Of a DNA stretch of 64,000 nt, positions 36,170 to 47,320 are shown in pieces. Position 1 is the first letter of the stretch, and each line of letters starts with the position of its first letter. Both the position numbers and the translations under genes were made by a program. The notes below the pieces were generated by a model. That model saw only the letters and a program-made list of their open reading frames with translations, was not told the origin of the DNA and did not search any database. This DNA is from Vicugna vicugna (taxonomy: Eukaryota), in assembly GCA_013265495.1 (NCBI GenBank), contig MU058669.1, forward strand, positions 478,056 through 542,055, written 5' to 3'.

Positions 36170-36873
36170 AAAGAAAACTCTGTCTCCTTTAATCCCCGTA
36201 TGTTCACATGATCACATGGACATTGAGTCAAAATTTGCCTTACTCAAGCTTAAGCTATTATGTTATTATGCCTGAGACACAGCAGGGGGTGGTGGCATTG
36301 TTTTGACAAACTTGAAAGGCTTCAAAACCCAAATGGCTTAAATGTAACATGCTATCTCTGTGAGCTGTCACTCAGAAGTTGCTCCAACCATTGATCTGGT
36401 GAGAGTGAGGACAGATCAATGGTTGGGTAGGGAGAAGTCTGGCTTTCAAGTCCATGCCTCTCTTACTCACTAGCTCTGGCCTTGGAGAGGGAAAGGGGGC
36501 GGAAGGCATTAGGTTATTTTGACAACCTTGCCTTAATCACAGGGAATAAAGCCTACAGATTGTGAGGCAGAGGACCCTCATTCTTCAGGTATTATGAGTG
36601 AGGAGCCTTATCAGTGAGTTCACGCAACACTCCCCTGGTCAGTTCCCCACTCACCTCGCCTTATTTGATCTCTGGGATTAAGGAGCCCCAAAGGAGGGGA
36701 AGCGCCTTTTCTTACTTGGGTCACTGACACAGAGAGGGAAAAACTGAGGGTTATACAAATATCCAAAACAACTCAGTTGGTTAGTTTAGGAATATGGTTC
36801 CGGTGTGACAAAAGCACGTCTAAGACACAGCTGGGTGGATGGAGACCAAGAACTACAGTTAATGGAATGATCC

Positions 36874-37341
36874 TGTGAAGGAAAAGCCGGGCTGGTCTAA
36901 CAAGATAACTCACAAGTCTAGGAATGTGAAGGAGAGGCTGGGCTGGGCTGGCAGGATAACTCACAAATCTAAGTATTGGAATACTGATCTGAATTCTGAT
37001 GGACTAACTTGTAAATCTAAGTTAATTAATTAGTGTTGGTTTGCTGTTCATGTTTTTTGCTAGCCAGCTGGGTTTTCAAAGATACATATCTGGCTTTGGA
37101 ATGTTGGTTTGCTGCCTCCCCGCCCCCACTTTTGTGATGATAATGCTGCTAAAGCTGTTCCATGCCTATTGGCCGAATACCCCAAGCTTGTACTTTACCC
37201 TATAAAACCTCATGCGCACGTCTTGGAGGTACTCAGAGCTTCGGAGCAGAAGCCCCTCTGAGCCCGCCGGCGTAATACATCTGAGTACTCCAACCCTCCG
37301 AGTGGTGCTTGTTTCTTGGCTGGCCTGTCGTTTCCGTAACA
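36874..37341 (+). mobile_element. Young ERV solo LTR (left boundary tentative)
   Basis: U3 tandem repeats, GC box at 37118, ATTGG at 37168, TATAAAA at 37201, AATACA at 37274, ends TAACA; candidate TSD ATCC (36870-36873, 37342-37345); many retained CpGs. Confidence 0.8.
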
Positions 37342-38254
37342 ATCCTACTATTTAAAAGCCTAGGCTTATTCCTCATGTCTCAGGCCCAGGACCTGCTCCT
37401 CTGGGATAGCTTTCTCTGCCTGACTTAGCCAGAATTTGGCCCTTCATGTATATACCCAACCCATGCATACTTCCAGAAAAGCACTTGCTGAAGCAGCTGT
37501 GGTTGTTTGGAAGCACTGCCCATTGTCTGTTGGTCTATCTCCTTGAGAACAAAGAGGCCGTCTTATTCGTTTCTGTATCCTCAGCACTTAGTAAGCATTC
37601 AGGAAATGTCTCATGAATGAAGGAACAAACACCCAATTACATGCACCCCATATAATGGCAGTCGTGAAAGAGCTGGAAAGGGGTGGCTAGTTCTGAGAGT
37701 CAGAATGGAGCAGGAAGGCAGAAAAAGGTAAAAAAGAACAAAGAGAGGATAATAAGAGAGAGGGACAAAGGGAATGCTCCAGGAGGGAGACACCAACTTA
37801 GAAGGCAGGAGCCCAGTGACTTTGAGTGGGATTCCGGGAAAACACTGATCAGACCCTGCCGGCTCCCTGGGGCTGACGGCTGAGAGTGGATTTCTGTTAC
37901 CACTTCTCTCTGAAGTGCTAATTAGAAGATTAGCCATTGTTCAGAGCTCTTTAGCCACTCTTTATCTTCCCCAGTTCCACTCCGAAGGGGACAGCTTCAG
38001 GGGAGTTAATTTTCTGTACCGCAGCCTAAAAGTCAGAATACTACTACAAGAGCTGGATGAAACCAGATTTGACTCCTTGAGCTGGCTCACGGGGGTCTTC
38101 TTTGTCTCGCCGGTTGAAAAGCAAGGTTTTTTGCATCTACTCTGATCATCCACAGAACTGGATTTTGTTCTCCCTACTCAACCACATCTGTCACACAAAA
38201 AAAGAGAAGTAGAGAGAAAGGCAGAGGATAAGAAAGGGAGTTTGGGGGTCTCCA

Positions 38255-38490
38255 TCTTCCATTTTATTGGGCTCTTACTGTGTGCCAGGCGCCACCCTCA
38301 GCAAGTTACAAGCATCGTCCCACTTAATCCTCCCCTTTGTGGAAGGCACTTTTATTATTCCCATTTACACATGAGGGAACTGAAGCTGAGCATAAATAAC
38401 TTGTCCAAGACAGGCTATCTGGTTCCCAGTAGAGCCCATATTTGAGACCAGGGTGGTCTGACTCTAGAACCCACCCCCTTCACCATGATA
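38255..38490 (-). mobile_element. MIR SINE
   Basis: cttactgtgtgccaggc..cccatttacacatgagggaactgaagct..taacttgtccaag. Confidence 0.8.
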
Positions 38491-38639
38491 TTGCTGACCT
38501 CCACCCACCAGGAGGCACACGATCACTGGTGGGGGTCAAATGATGGTGCTGACAGCGGGAGTGTTGATGATGGAAGGGAAGCTAAGTTGTTATTGCTGAG
38601 GAATTATTTTTTGCTTGGTTTTTATTTTTGATAGGAATA

Positions 38640-38805
38640 TTTTTTTATTGAACTATAGTCGATTTACTATGTTGTGCTAATTTCTGGTGTACAGCACAGT
38701 GATTCGGATATATACACATACACACACACATTCCTTTTCATATTCTTTTTCATTATAGGCCTTTACAAGGTATTGAACATAGTTCCCTATGTGACACAGT
38801 AGGAA
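38640..38805 (-). mobile_element. Truncated L1 3' end (cetartiodactyl-type)
   Basis: tttttattgaactatagtcgattta..tacagcacagtgattc..atagttcccta..cagtagga. Confidence 0.8.
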
Positions 38806-40995
38806 CTTCTGAGGGTTTGTTTTGTATGCAATACAGTACTAAGTGATTTACATACGTTGTCCTATTGCAACCTCCCAACAACCCAGTGAGGCAAGTTTTT
38901 TGATTTATTTATTTGTAGATGAGAAACCTGAAGCCCAGAGAGAGTTAGACTCATCCGAGGTGGCCCAGTGAGTGGTGCGGTGGTGGAGCTCAGAACTGAG
39001 ACAAAGCCTACCTGGCTCTCAAGATGATGCTAAGGCTCAGAAGGGTTAAACCAGAGGATTTCTTCGCTGACTGGATGTCACTCTGATTCACAGAACCTTC
39101 CTGGAGAAAGGGATCTTCAGGGATCTTTTATTTCACCCCTCTGCCATTGGGTAAGTAAACCAGTATTATCTGCTTCTGATAGTTGCTATGAGATCAGAGA
39201 TTTTTACGGGGCTCATTCAAGGTTGCACAGCTTGTTTGACATTATTTCAAGTCCCCCTAAGACCGTTAGGTGATTAAGATTTTTCGGCTCCATCACCCTG
39301 TGTTCTCTTGGCCTCTCTCCATTTCATTCCCCTACGTGGAGCCCAGTGTCCATTTGATGTTCCTGGGGTTCTGGGCCCCTTATTACTCCTGCCTTTGATG
39401 CCTTTTTTGAATCACTTTCTCTCGCTAGAATTTATCTCTCTGTGTTCCTCCTGACCCTGCCAGGTGGCTAAAGTCAATTTGATCAAACTCATTTGCACTA
39501 AAGCATTAATGGCTTATTATAGCAATCCTTCTGGGTAAGTGCTGCATTTTAAAACACCTCATCTAAATCCTGGACCAATGCTGTGCACTGCAGCGTCGTG
39601 GCAGGCAGCCTGAGAGTTGTTTCGGTGAGGTTTTATTTTTTTTTTTTTTTTTTGGTTAGGCGAATCACTTGACCTGCAAGTGAAGAAAAGTCTTGCCAGC
39701 ATTTCCCAGTTCAGAGAGGTCTTTCTTGGCTGAGCTTCAGTTGCCTTCATCTGCAAAACGGGGATGGGGATTTTTTTTTTTTTTTGCCTGGAAGTAGGGA
39801 TTTGGGTCTGCCGCTCTCCTGCAGCATTAAGATCAGTCTAATTCCAGAAATCTAATCTGGGGAGGCAGAGGCTGTCAGGCAGCCAGCAAAATTAATGAGA
39901 AAATTGGAGTAAATACAACGTGTGTCTTGTCGACTTGGGCTGGAGAGAGGTGACTTGGTGCCAGTCTGCAGAGTCAGGCTCTCCAGGGTGTGTATATATG
40001 GTCTACGTGCCTCTTTGGAAGTGCTGTGTGCTCTGAGCTAATGAATTCAAAGGCACGGATGAGGGCTTAGAAAAGAATGCCTGTACCTGGATAGCTTCTG
40101 GAGAACCTTTCACTTACTTGAATCACATCTTAGATCTGCCCTCTGTGATCAAATTAATGAGGAGTAGCACACACACAAAGCCCCTTGGTGTTGGATAAAA
40201 AGACATCATGCTCAATGGGAATAGCAAGAGGGAAAAAGCAGTAAGTGATTGAAGAGCTTCTGTGATTCTCTGTCTGGGCATAAGCTTCACAAAGCGGGGG
40301 TTCTTCTTTTCTTTGCACTGGGAGATGCGAATATCAGGAAGGAGAGAAAGTTGCCATTTGATTGAGTCCCTTGTAATGGGGAGATTCTTCTATAAAGGAT
40401 GTACACAGGAGGAGCCGCCATTACCTGACAACCCATTTGCTGGAATCGGTCAAATATTTTTATTCCTGGCTCATTCCTTTGAGGGGAAATTTGCTTAGCA
40501 GAAAACAGGTACTAGATGGGTGATGGGGAACTAGTCCCTGGGTCTGTGCTCAGAAAGTGGGAGGAGAGAGTTATGGACAAGTGGGGTTTAGGGGGAGAGT
40601 GGCTCAGATTGTCCTAATGACGCTAGAGTTTTGGGTGATGGGCAAGGTCATGAGTTACCCTTTTAATCTTTATTATAGAGAAACTATAGCATAATGTGAG
40701 GGTGCAAATGCAGTCCCACAGGGAGAAAACAAATAATATAAATATGTAAATTGGGCTGTGTAGGAACGTTAACAGGCCAAGCCCAAAGACAACCAGTACT
40801 GACCCTCCATGTCTGGGGTACAACAGGGAGTGGTGGGGTCTGGGGTGAGCTGCAGAGCGCTTGGACTGTCACAAGTCAGCCTCTAAAGACTAGTCGAAAG
40901 CACACTCTTTTGAATCAGAAAAACTGGGATTAGGATTCCAGTTCTCCCTCCTATCAGTTTTGTGACCTGGGAAAGTTACTTAACCTCATAAAGTG

Positions 40996-41138
40996 GGGGG
41001 AACGTACAGCTCAGTGGTAGAGCACGTGCTTAGCATGCACAAGGTCCTGGGTACAATCCCCAGTACCTCTATTAAAAATAAATAAATAAGCCTAATTACC
41101 TCTCCCCACCACCCATCCCACAAAAAGAAAAAAGAGAA
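40996..41138 (+). mobile_element. tRNA-Ala-derived SINE (vic-1-like, camelid) inserted in a MIR
   Basis: agctcagtggtagagcacgtgcttagcatgcac..gggtacaatcccc (A/B boxes), (AAAT)n, cctaattacctc, A-rich tail; TSD-like ATAAAGTG/ATGAAGTG. Confidence 0.9.
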
Positions 41139-41199
41139 ATGAAGTGAAAATAGGATGTTAAAAAGCAGCATGAGAAGGATGACATATTGGCTATACTGG

Positions 41200-42150
41200 T
41201 GAGTATGGGCTAAGATGCACTGTTGTAATAAACATCCATTGTTAGGGGTTGAATTGTGTCCCACTGCCCCAATCCTACTCCCTCAGTAGAAGTCGTAACC
41301 TCCCAGTACCTCAGAATGGAACCTGATTTGAAAGTAGGGTCATTACATACAAAATTAGTTAAGATGAGGTCATTAGGGTAGGCCCTAATTAAATGTGACT
41401 GGTGTCCTTACTAAAAGAAGACATTTTTGAGATTGATTTAACACTGGTTTTGAGACACACACTTTGTTTGGTTATCCCTCTATAATAAATCAGCAATGTT
41501 ATTAGCCTCCCCCTCTGCCAAAAGGAAGACATTTGGACACAAACATGTACATTCACAGGATGCCAGGTGAAGATGAAGGCAGAGATGGGGGTGATGCTTC
41601 TATAAGCCAAGTAACGCCAAAGATCAGTAGTAAACCACCAGAATCCAGCAGAGACGCCTGGAACAGATTCTTCTTCACAGCCCTAGGAAGGGACCAAGTC
41701 ATGCCATCATCTTGACTTTGAACCTCCAACCTCCAGAACTGTGAGACAATAAGTTTCTAGTGTTAAGCCACCTCATTTGTGACACTTTGTCACAGCAGCA
41801 CTAGTAAACTAATACATCCATTGAATTCTAATGGTTTAAAACAACAGGTTATTTCTTGCCCATGTTACATGCCCATTTTGGGTTGGCAGGGGGCTCCAAA
41901 TCATAGTCTTTCAGGTACCCAGAGTGATGGAGTAGCCACCATCTCAACTTGAAGCTTTGGTATTGACCTTAGCGAGGGAAGAGGGCATGGAGAACGGCAC
42001 ACCAGCTCTTAAATACACTGCTTACATTTAATTGGCCAGATGAAGTCATATGACCATGCCTAATATGGAGGAGGAAAGGAAGAATAATTGTTCCATGTGC
42101 CTGCAGGGAGAAGAGAACCAGGTGATGGGCATGAGGTGATGGGTGAGTGT
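41200..42150 (-). mobile_element. Old MLT1 (J/K/L-like) LTR hosting the 41240-41816 LTR
   Basis: gctaag..gttgtaataaaca|..tggtttaaaacaacaggttatttcttgc..attggccaga..agtcatatgacc. Confidence 0.7.
41240..41816 (+). mobile_element. MLT1B/C-like MaLR solo LTR
   Basis: tgttaggggttgaattgtgtccc..agttaagatgaggtcat..aaactaataca; perfect 5-bp TSD TCCAT (41235-41239, 41817-41821). Confidence 0.92.
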
Positions 42151-42730
42151 GACACGATGTGTCACATTTATTTAAGAGCACCTGCACGGAAAAAAACGAT
42201 TGGGTAGAAATAGGCCAAAAAGCACTGGTTGAGGTAGGGGGGTTTGGATTATATTTTTCTAAATTTTCTAATTGTTTTCCACAAAGGATATAGGTATACG
42301 ACCTTAATAAGCAGGGAAAAACATTTACTTCCTAAAATAAAATAAAGGTTATATCACTCATCAAAAGTTAATAAGTGGATGGACCAAAAAAAAAAAAAGA
42401 AAGAAAGAAAATCCTAAGTTTCTTATTTTTCTCTTTCTATGAAAGGAAGGGGATGAGGTCACCGTTATGTGTAGTGAAATCACGTAATTTAAAAGGCTTT
42501 GCGTATAAGATGGACATGAACACCACCAGGCTGAGCTTACTATTGCCTAGAAACCTCTTGCTAGAGTAGATAACTTTGAACAGTGACACTTCTATTTACC
42601 ATGTCTTATCCATAAGACAAACTTCCATAAGGCAGACTGCCGCAGATGATGGCGGGGAGGGGACGTTTATTCAAGGGAATATAGTCTGTGGGCATGGAGC
42701 AAGAGAAGGTAGATGATGGATGAGAGACAG

Positions 42731-43180
42731 CGTCTTAGGGCAGGTTTCCCAGAAGGAGATCCTGAGATGATACTGTGCTTGCATGTGATTTATTAAGGGA
42801 ATGCTCTAAGGAGAAACTGGTGAGTGAGTGTGGGTAGCAGAATGGGATGGGGAAGAGGCCAAGCAAAGGAGTGATTTCAGGCTCAACCCAGGCTGTTCCC
42901 AGGGGGAGCTCTGGACCGTAAATGACACCTTGGATTTGGCCCTGACTTGCAGCAAGAGAGATGGGTTTTCATAGTCCTGCCCTCGTTGGTCATTGGTTCC
43001 CAGGCACTTCCTCTGAAAGTGAGGGCAGAGCAGACACGGTGGCCCAATGCAGGCCTCTGCAGAAAGTAGCAGGTGCAAGTCATCAGAAGCAGAGCACGCA
43101 GAAGCTGGCTGAAGGATGACGACAGAAATGGTGAAGGGGATGTGAGGGTTCCAGCTGGAACACTGACAGTGCAGTCTGTG
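42731..43180 (-). mobile_element. ERVL LTR33/LTR16-like solo LTR
   Basis: gtcttagggcaggtttcccagaag..cctgagat..gtgatttattaaggga. Confidence 0.7.
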
Positions 43181-43669
43181 GATGGAGACTCCCTGCAGAG
43201 GTCCTGCCACCTCAGATAACTTGGGCTTCACAGATTGGGTATGGAGCTTAAGTAAGAGCCTATGGGAAAGAATTTTAACCAAGACAGACAACATGACTCT
43301 TAACCTGCTCCTCGCTGGTGGTGGTGGGAGGGACCCAGGAGGCTTTGGGCCACAGATACTCCATCAGCTGTTACTGGGGAGGACTGACAGATGGTTTCAT
43401 ATCTATCTACGTGCATGCCTGGGGGAAAATGTGCCTTGTATTGACTGTGTAGGAATTTTTGGCATATGTGAGGAATGAAAAATAACAATGTTGTTGGGTG
43501 GAGTTGGTACTCTTGTGAAGATGTGACAGAAGCGGGGAACCACCCCCCTTGCCTTCTCTTACTATCAGCTGCCCTGGAATCCAGCCTGCCGGCCTTCACC
43601 CTCCCTCCCTGTCTCCCGCTAAATGCTAAAAGGCCATAAGTCAAGGTTTCCTGAGGCCTGCATGAGAGG

Positions 43670-43830
43670 AAGTAAAGGAAAAAGACTTGCAGAGAGTCAG
43701 ACCCAAGTTCAAATCCTGACTCTGTCACTTTCTACTAGATGGATGAATTCACCTCCCTGAATCTCAGGTTCCTTACATACAAAATAGGGAATGATAACAC
43801 TTACACCTATTAGGACTGCATGGAAGTTAG
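43670..43830 (+). mobile_element. MIR SINE
   Basis: gagtcagacccaagttcaaatcctgactctgtcact..ctcaggttcctt..aaaataggg. Confidence 0.75.
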
Positions 43831-45140
43831 AGGGGACTGCAGCCTTTTTGAGTCTTAATTTTTTTCATCTATACAATAGTGTCATACAGTGAATGATAAA
43901 TGACAATGATGATAATGTCGATCACGCCTACTTCTCAGGATTGATATCGGTGGGGGAAAGAACTAAGTACAGCCGTGTGCTGTAAATAGGTTACCTCCCC
44001 TGTCCCATCCTGGGTGCTGCTCCACTCCCAAGTCTCCTTTAAGGGAAGAAGAATGGGTCTTTCCACTCTTGCCGCTACTGAGCAGGATGATTTCATATAG
44101 GCTTGGAGCCCATCTGAACTGCTCCATCATGTGTGTTCTAATAAAAACCCTTCTCTTTTCCTTCCAGCCATTGTAAGCTTATGACCACGATTGTCTCTGG
44201 GTGAGCAGACACAGAGCCTTCCCTCCAGGGGGAGAAAGCCCATTAAGCCAGGCCTGTCGGGCTCAGGTGAAAAAACTCTGAGCCAGGGAATGTCAGGGAC
44301 TTGCTCTTCCTCCTGGTAAATGTCCTGGACCAACCTGGACCAGTTTAATTTCTAGGCCAGAAGCACAAATTGAGTCCTGCGCTGTACGTATTTGTCTCCT
44401 ACCTTTTCCTGCAGGAACCTAGCTGGGAATTTACGGGCTCATGCTAAGAGGGAGAGGCGTGGGAGTGCCATCGAGTCCTTTGTGTTTACAGGCTTTGAAA
44501 GGAGTAATATCTAACAAGTCTAATTTAATCTTGGCTTAAGGGAAGGTACAGTGAATTCCAGGCCAGAAAGAATAAACTGGAATGCCATAGAATGTTAGAG
44601 ATAATTTAACTCAACTCCCTCCCTCAGTAGAGAAGGAACCTGAGGCTTGGAGGGGACACTGGTGTGTCCACGGCCACATACCACACTGCGGCTGGCTAGG
44701 ATGAGGCCCGGGTTGCTTGAGTCCTGGGCCATTGCTTCAGGCTCTATCATTTATTTCTGTGCCATTGTCAAGATTTTTGTCATATTTACATACCATCTGT
44801 ACCTTTATTAACATGGGTTTTTTAATAATTGTATTGACTCTATTTTTTATTCCTAAATAAATGTATTTTGAAAGGAAACTGCCATAAAGGGAAAGCAAGG
44901 ATCATTTGCCACAAATAAAAGGCAACTATAAAAATAAATGCTATGAAACAAAACAATACAGTTAAATTTTAGCAAGTTATATGTGAAGAGACCACTCATT
45001 CTTTCTTCTAAAAGGGAGAGTTGTAATGTTAGAGAGAATCCAAAGAGCAATAGCTTTTTTTTTAACCATAGTAGAGGATTTTTAAAAAAAATTTTGTTTT
45101 GCGGGTTTTTTGGTTTTTGTTTTTGTTTGTTTTTGTTTTC

Positions 45141-45142
<2 letters not shown>

Positions 45143-45215
<73 letters not shown>

Positions 45216-45250
45216 CTCTTTCTCTTTCTCTTTCCTTCTTTCTCTCTTTT
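45143..45250. repeat. (TTTC)n microsatellite with degenerate CT-rich flank
   Basis: Direct reading; source of the KERK/FFLS ORFs. Confidence 0.95.
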
Positions 45251-45354
45251 TGATTAGGCCAACTGTATCTTCTAACTGGTAGGTGCTTGTACAAAGCAAT
45301 GAATTTTTACACATTAACTTTGCACCCAGCCACCTTACTGAATTCTCTAATCTG

Positions 45355-45502
45355 TTTTGTTTTGTTTTATCTTTTTCTGGTGGGGGGAGAGGTAATTAGG
45401 TTTTATTTATTTATTTATTTTTTAACAGGGGTACTGGGGATTGAACCCAGGACCTCGTGTATGCTAAGCACACACGCTGTCACTGAATTCTACCCTCCCC
45501 CC
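45355..45502 (-). mobile_element. tRNA-Ala-derived SINE (vic-1-like)
   Basis: gaggtaattagg..(TTTA)n..gtactggggattgaacccaggacctcgtgtatgctaagcac. Confidence 0.9.
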
Positions 45503-45619
45503 AAGTAAAGGGTGTTTCTTAATGTGTTGTGGATCACCTAAAATTCTTTCATATCATCAGTGACTAAGTGGATCAGGAAAGAAAATGGATGTGAACGTTT
45601 CTAAAGAAGTCTACTACTT

Positions 45620-45835
45620 TACATAGGTTAGAATCCTAGTTGTCACTTACCTTGAGCAAGTTACTTAATCTCTTTCTGCCTCAGTTTCCTCATTCATAAA
45701 AAGTGGAAATAATAGGTTGTGTGTGTGTGTGCCATGGGATTGGTGCAGGTATTAAATTAGCACATATAAAGCCCCTAGAAGAGTACTTGGCAAAGATCAA
45801 GCACAAAATAGCATAAGGTATTATTATAATTATTA
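45620..45835 (+). mobile_element. MIR SINE
   Basis: ccttgagcaagttacttaatctct..gcctcagtttcctcat. Confidence 0.8.
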
Positions 45836-45867
45836 GTATCAAAACTTAAGTGGTATTTACCCTCTAG

Positions 45868-46085
45868 CAGGATTGCAAACTTTATTTGCAAAGAATAATA
45901 TAGTAAATATTTTAGCCTCTGTGACCTGCATGGTCTCTGCTGCAGCTACTCATCTCTGTCGCAACAGTGAGAAAACAGCTGTATGTAGTACATCAACAAA
46001 TGGGCATGGCTACGCTCCAGTAAAACTCTATTCACAAAAATAGGCAGCAGGCTGGATTTGATCTGCAGGCTACAGCTTCTGCTAC
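45868..46085 (+). mobile_element. MER58A-like hAT MITE
   Basis: gcaaactt..atagtaaatattttag..ggtctctg..cagctactca..aaatgggcatggct..ccagtaaaact..caggctggatttg. Confidence 0.8.
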
Positions 46086-46789
46086 AGGCTTATAGGTATG
46101 GAAAACAAAAACAAGACAAATGCTTTGTGGACTACTTTGAATAAAATACCTACCTGCACGAAGTATTATCTTGTCTCATATCTTAGCCCAAATCTCCAAT
46201 TTTTGAAGTTAGCCTCATACACCTGAAATGTAGGTTCTATTCTTACTTCCCACCATTATCTTAACTGTCCTCCAAATGGCCACGGGACTGGACAGCCACT
46301 AAACTTGAGGTAGGATCAGAGTTAAAAGCATGGGCGAGGGAGTCAGGATGACTCGACTTCGCCGCTCACCCTGCAAGGGGTGTCATTTTCTTTTTACACA
46401 GGAGGAAATTGCAGCTCAGCGGGATGGAGTAATTTGCCCAATGTCACACAGCCAGCAAATTGACATCTATTCCACAACCATGAAATTTGGTTCTGATCCA
46501 GAAACCCCAGGGCCAGCTGCATGTCATCATGAGGCTTCCTTTCCCTGTTTCTAATCTCCACAGTAAAGGAGGAGAGAACTTGAGAAGGATTAGTAATAGC
46601 ACTGCAAATGTTGCGGATGGCTTAGGGCACGGGTTGTGACCCCTGGAGAAGGGAGAATATAGTCCTCAGACACTGTAAGACAGAATGGAAAGTGCATGGG
46701 CCAGACGTGCTCCCTTGCTCTCTGGGGACCCTACTTGTGTTCCCGGGCAGGTCTTCTTCCCTGTGTCTCACTTCCCCAAATGTAGTCAT

Positions 46790-47320
46790 GAGAAGCAGCA
46801 TTTATTGAGCTCATATACAGGGCACTACGCTTTCCAATATCTTTATCTTATTTTCTCCTTTCAACGACCTTGAGATTCTTATCCCCATTGCACAGATGAG
46901 TAAGGTGAGGCTCAAAAAGATCATTTCAACTGCTCAGTGTCACAGAGCTAGAAATAGCACAGCTGGGATTTGAGTGCTACTCTGTCTCCTTACAAGTTTT
47001 TCCAGTGCAAACTACTCCTCAAAGGAGGAATACTACATCATTTCTGTGGTGAGTTCACAAATGAGGAGGATGTTCATGAATGCACTCTAATTCCAGAATC
47101 AGCACTAACTCAGGTTGTACTCTTACCATGTGCTCAGCACTGTGCAAAGCTAGTCCTTCCAAACAACCTTATGAGCTTGGGGTTAATGGTGTCCTCTTTC
47201 TGTAGATTTGGAAACTGAGGTTCATAGACTTTATGTAACTTGCCCAAGGTCAGCTACTACGAAGCAAGCTAGGGTTTGAATTCAGGTCAAATTCACTCCC
47301 AAGCCCTTGGTTTTAATAGA
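46790..47320 (-). mobile_element. Two MIR fragments (approx. 46790-46990 and 47110-47320)
   Basis: catttattgagc..cagatgag..tgaggctca; gaaactgaggttca..taacttgcccaaggtca. Confidence 0.75.

Larger units (their letters stand above)
44765..45562. mobile_element. MER113-like hAT-Charlie element, interrupted at ~45079-45503
   Basis: aaaggaaact..catttgccacaaata..aaaagggaga..gttagagag; resumes ..cacctaaaat..atcatcagtg. Confidence 0.55.

Noticed and set aside
36874..37020. CRISPR-like repeat array
   Set aside because: Two degenerate tandem copies plus a partial one, no unique spacers, inside an LTR U3 in mammalian DNA.
40996..41070. tRNA-Ala gene
   Set aside because: Followed by a SINE body, A-rich tail and TSD; four diverged copies in the window.
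44853..45314. KERK-repeat and FFLS-repeat ORFs
   Set aside because: Translations of the (TTTC)n microsatellite.
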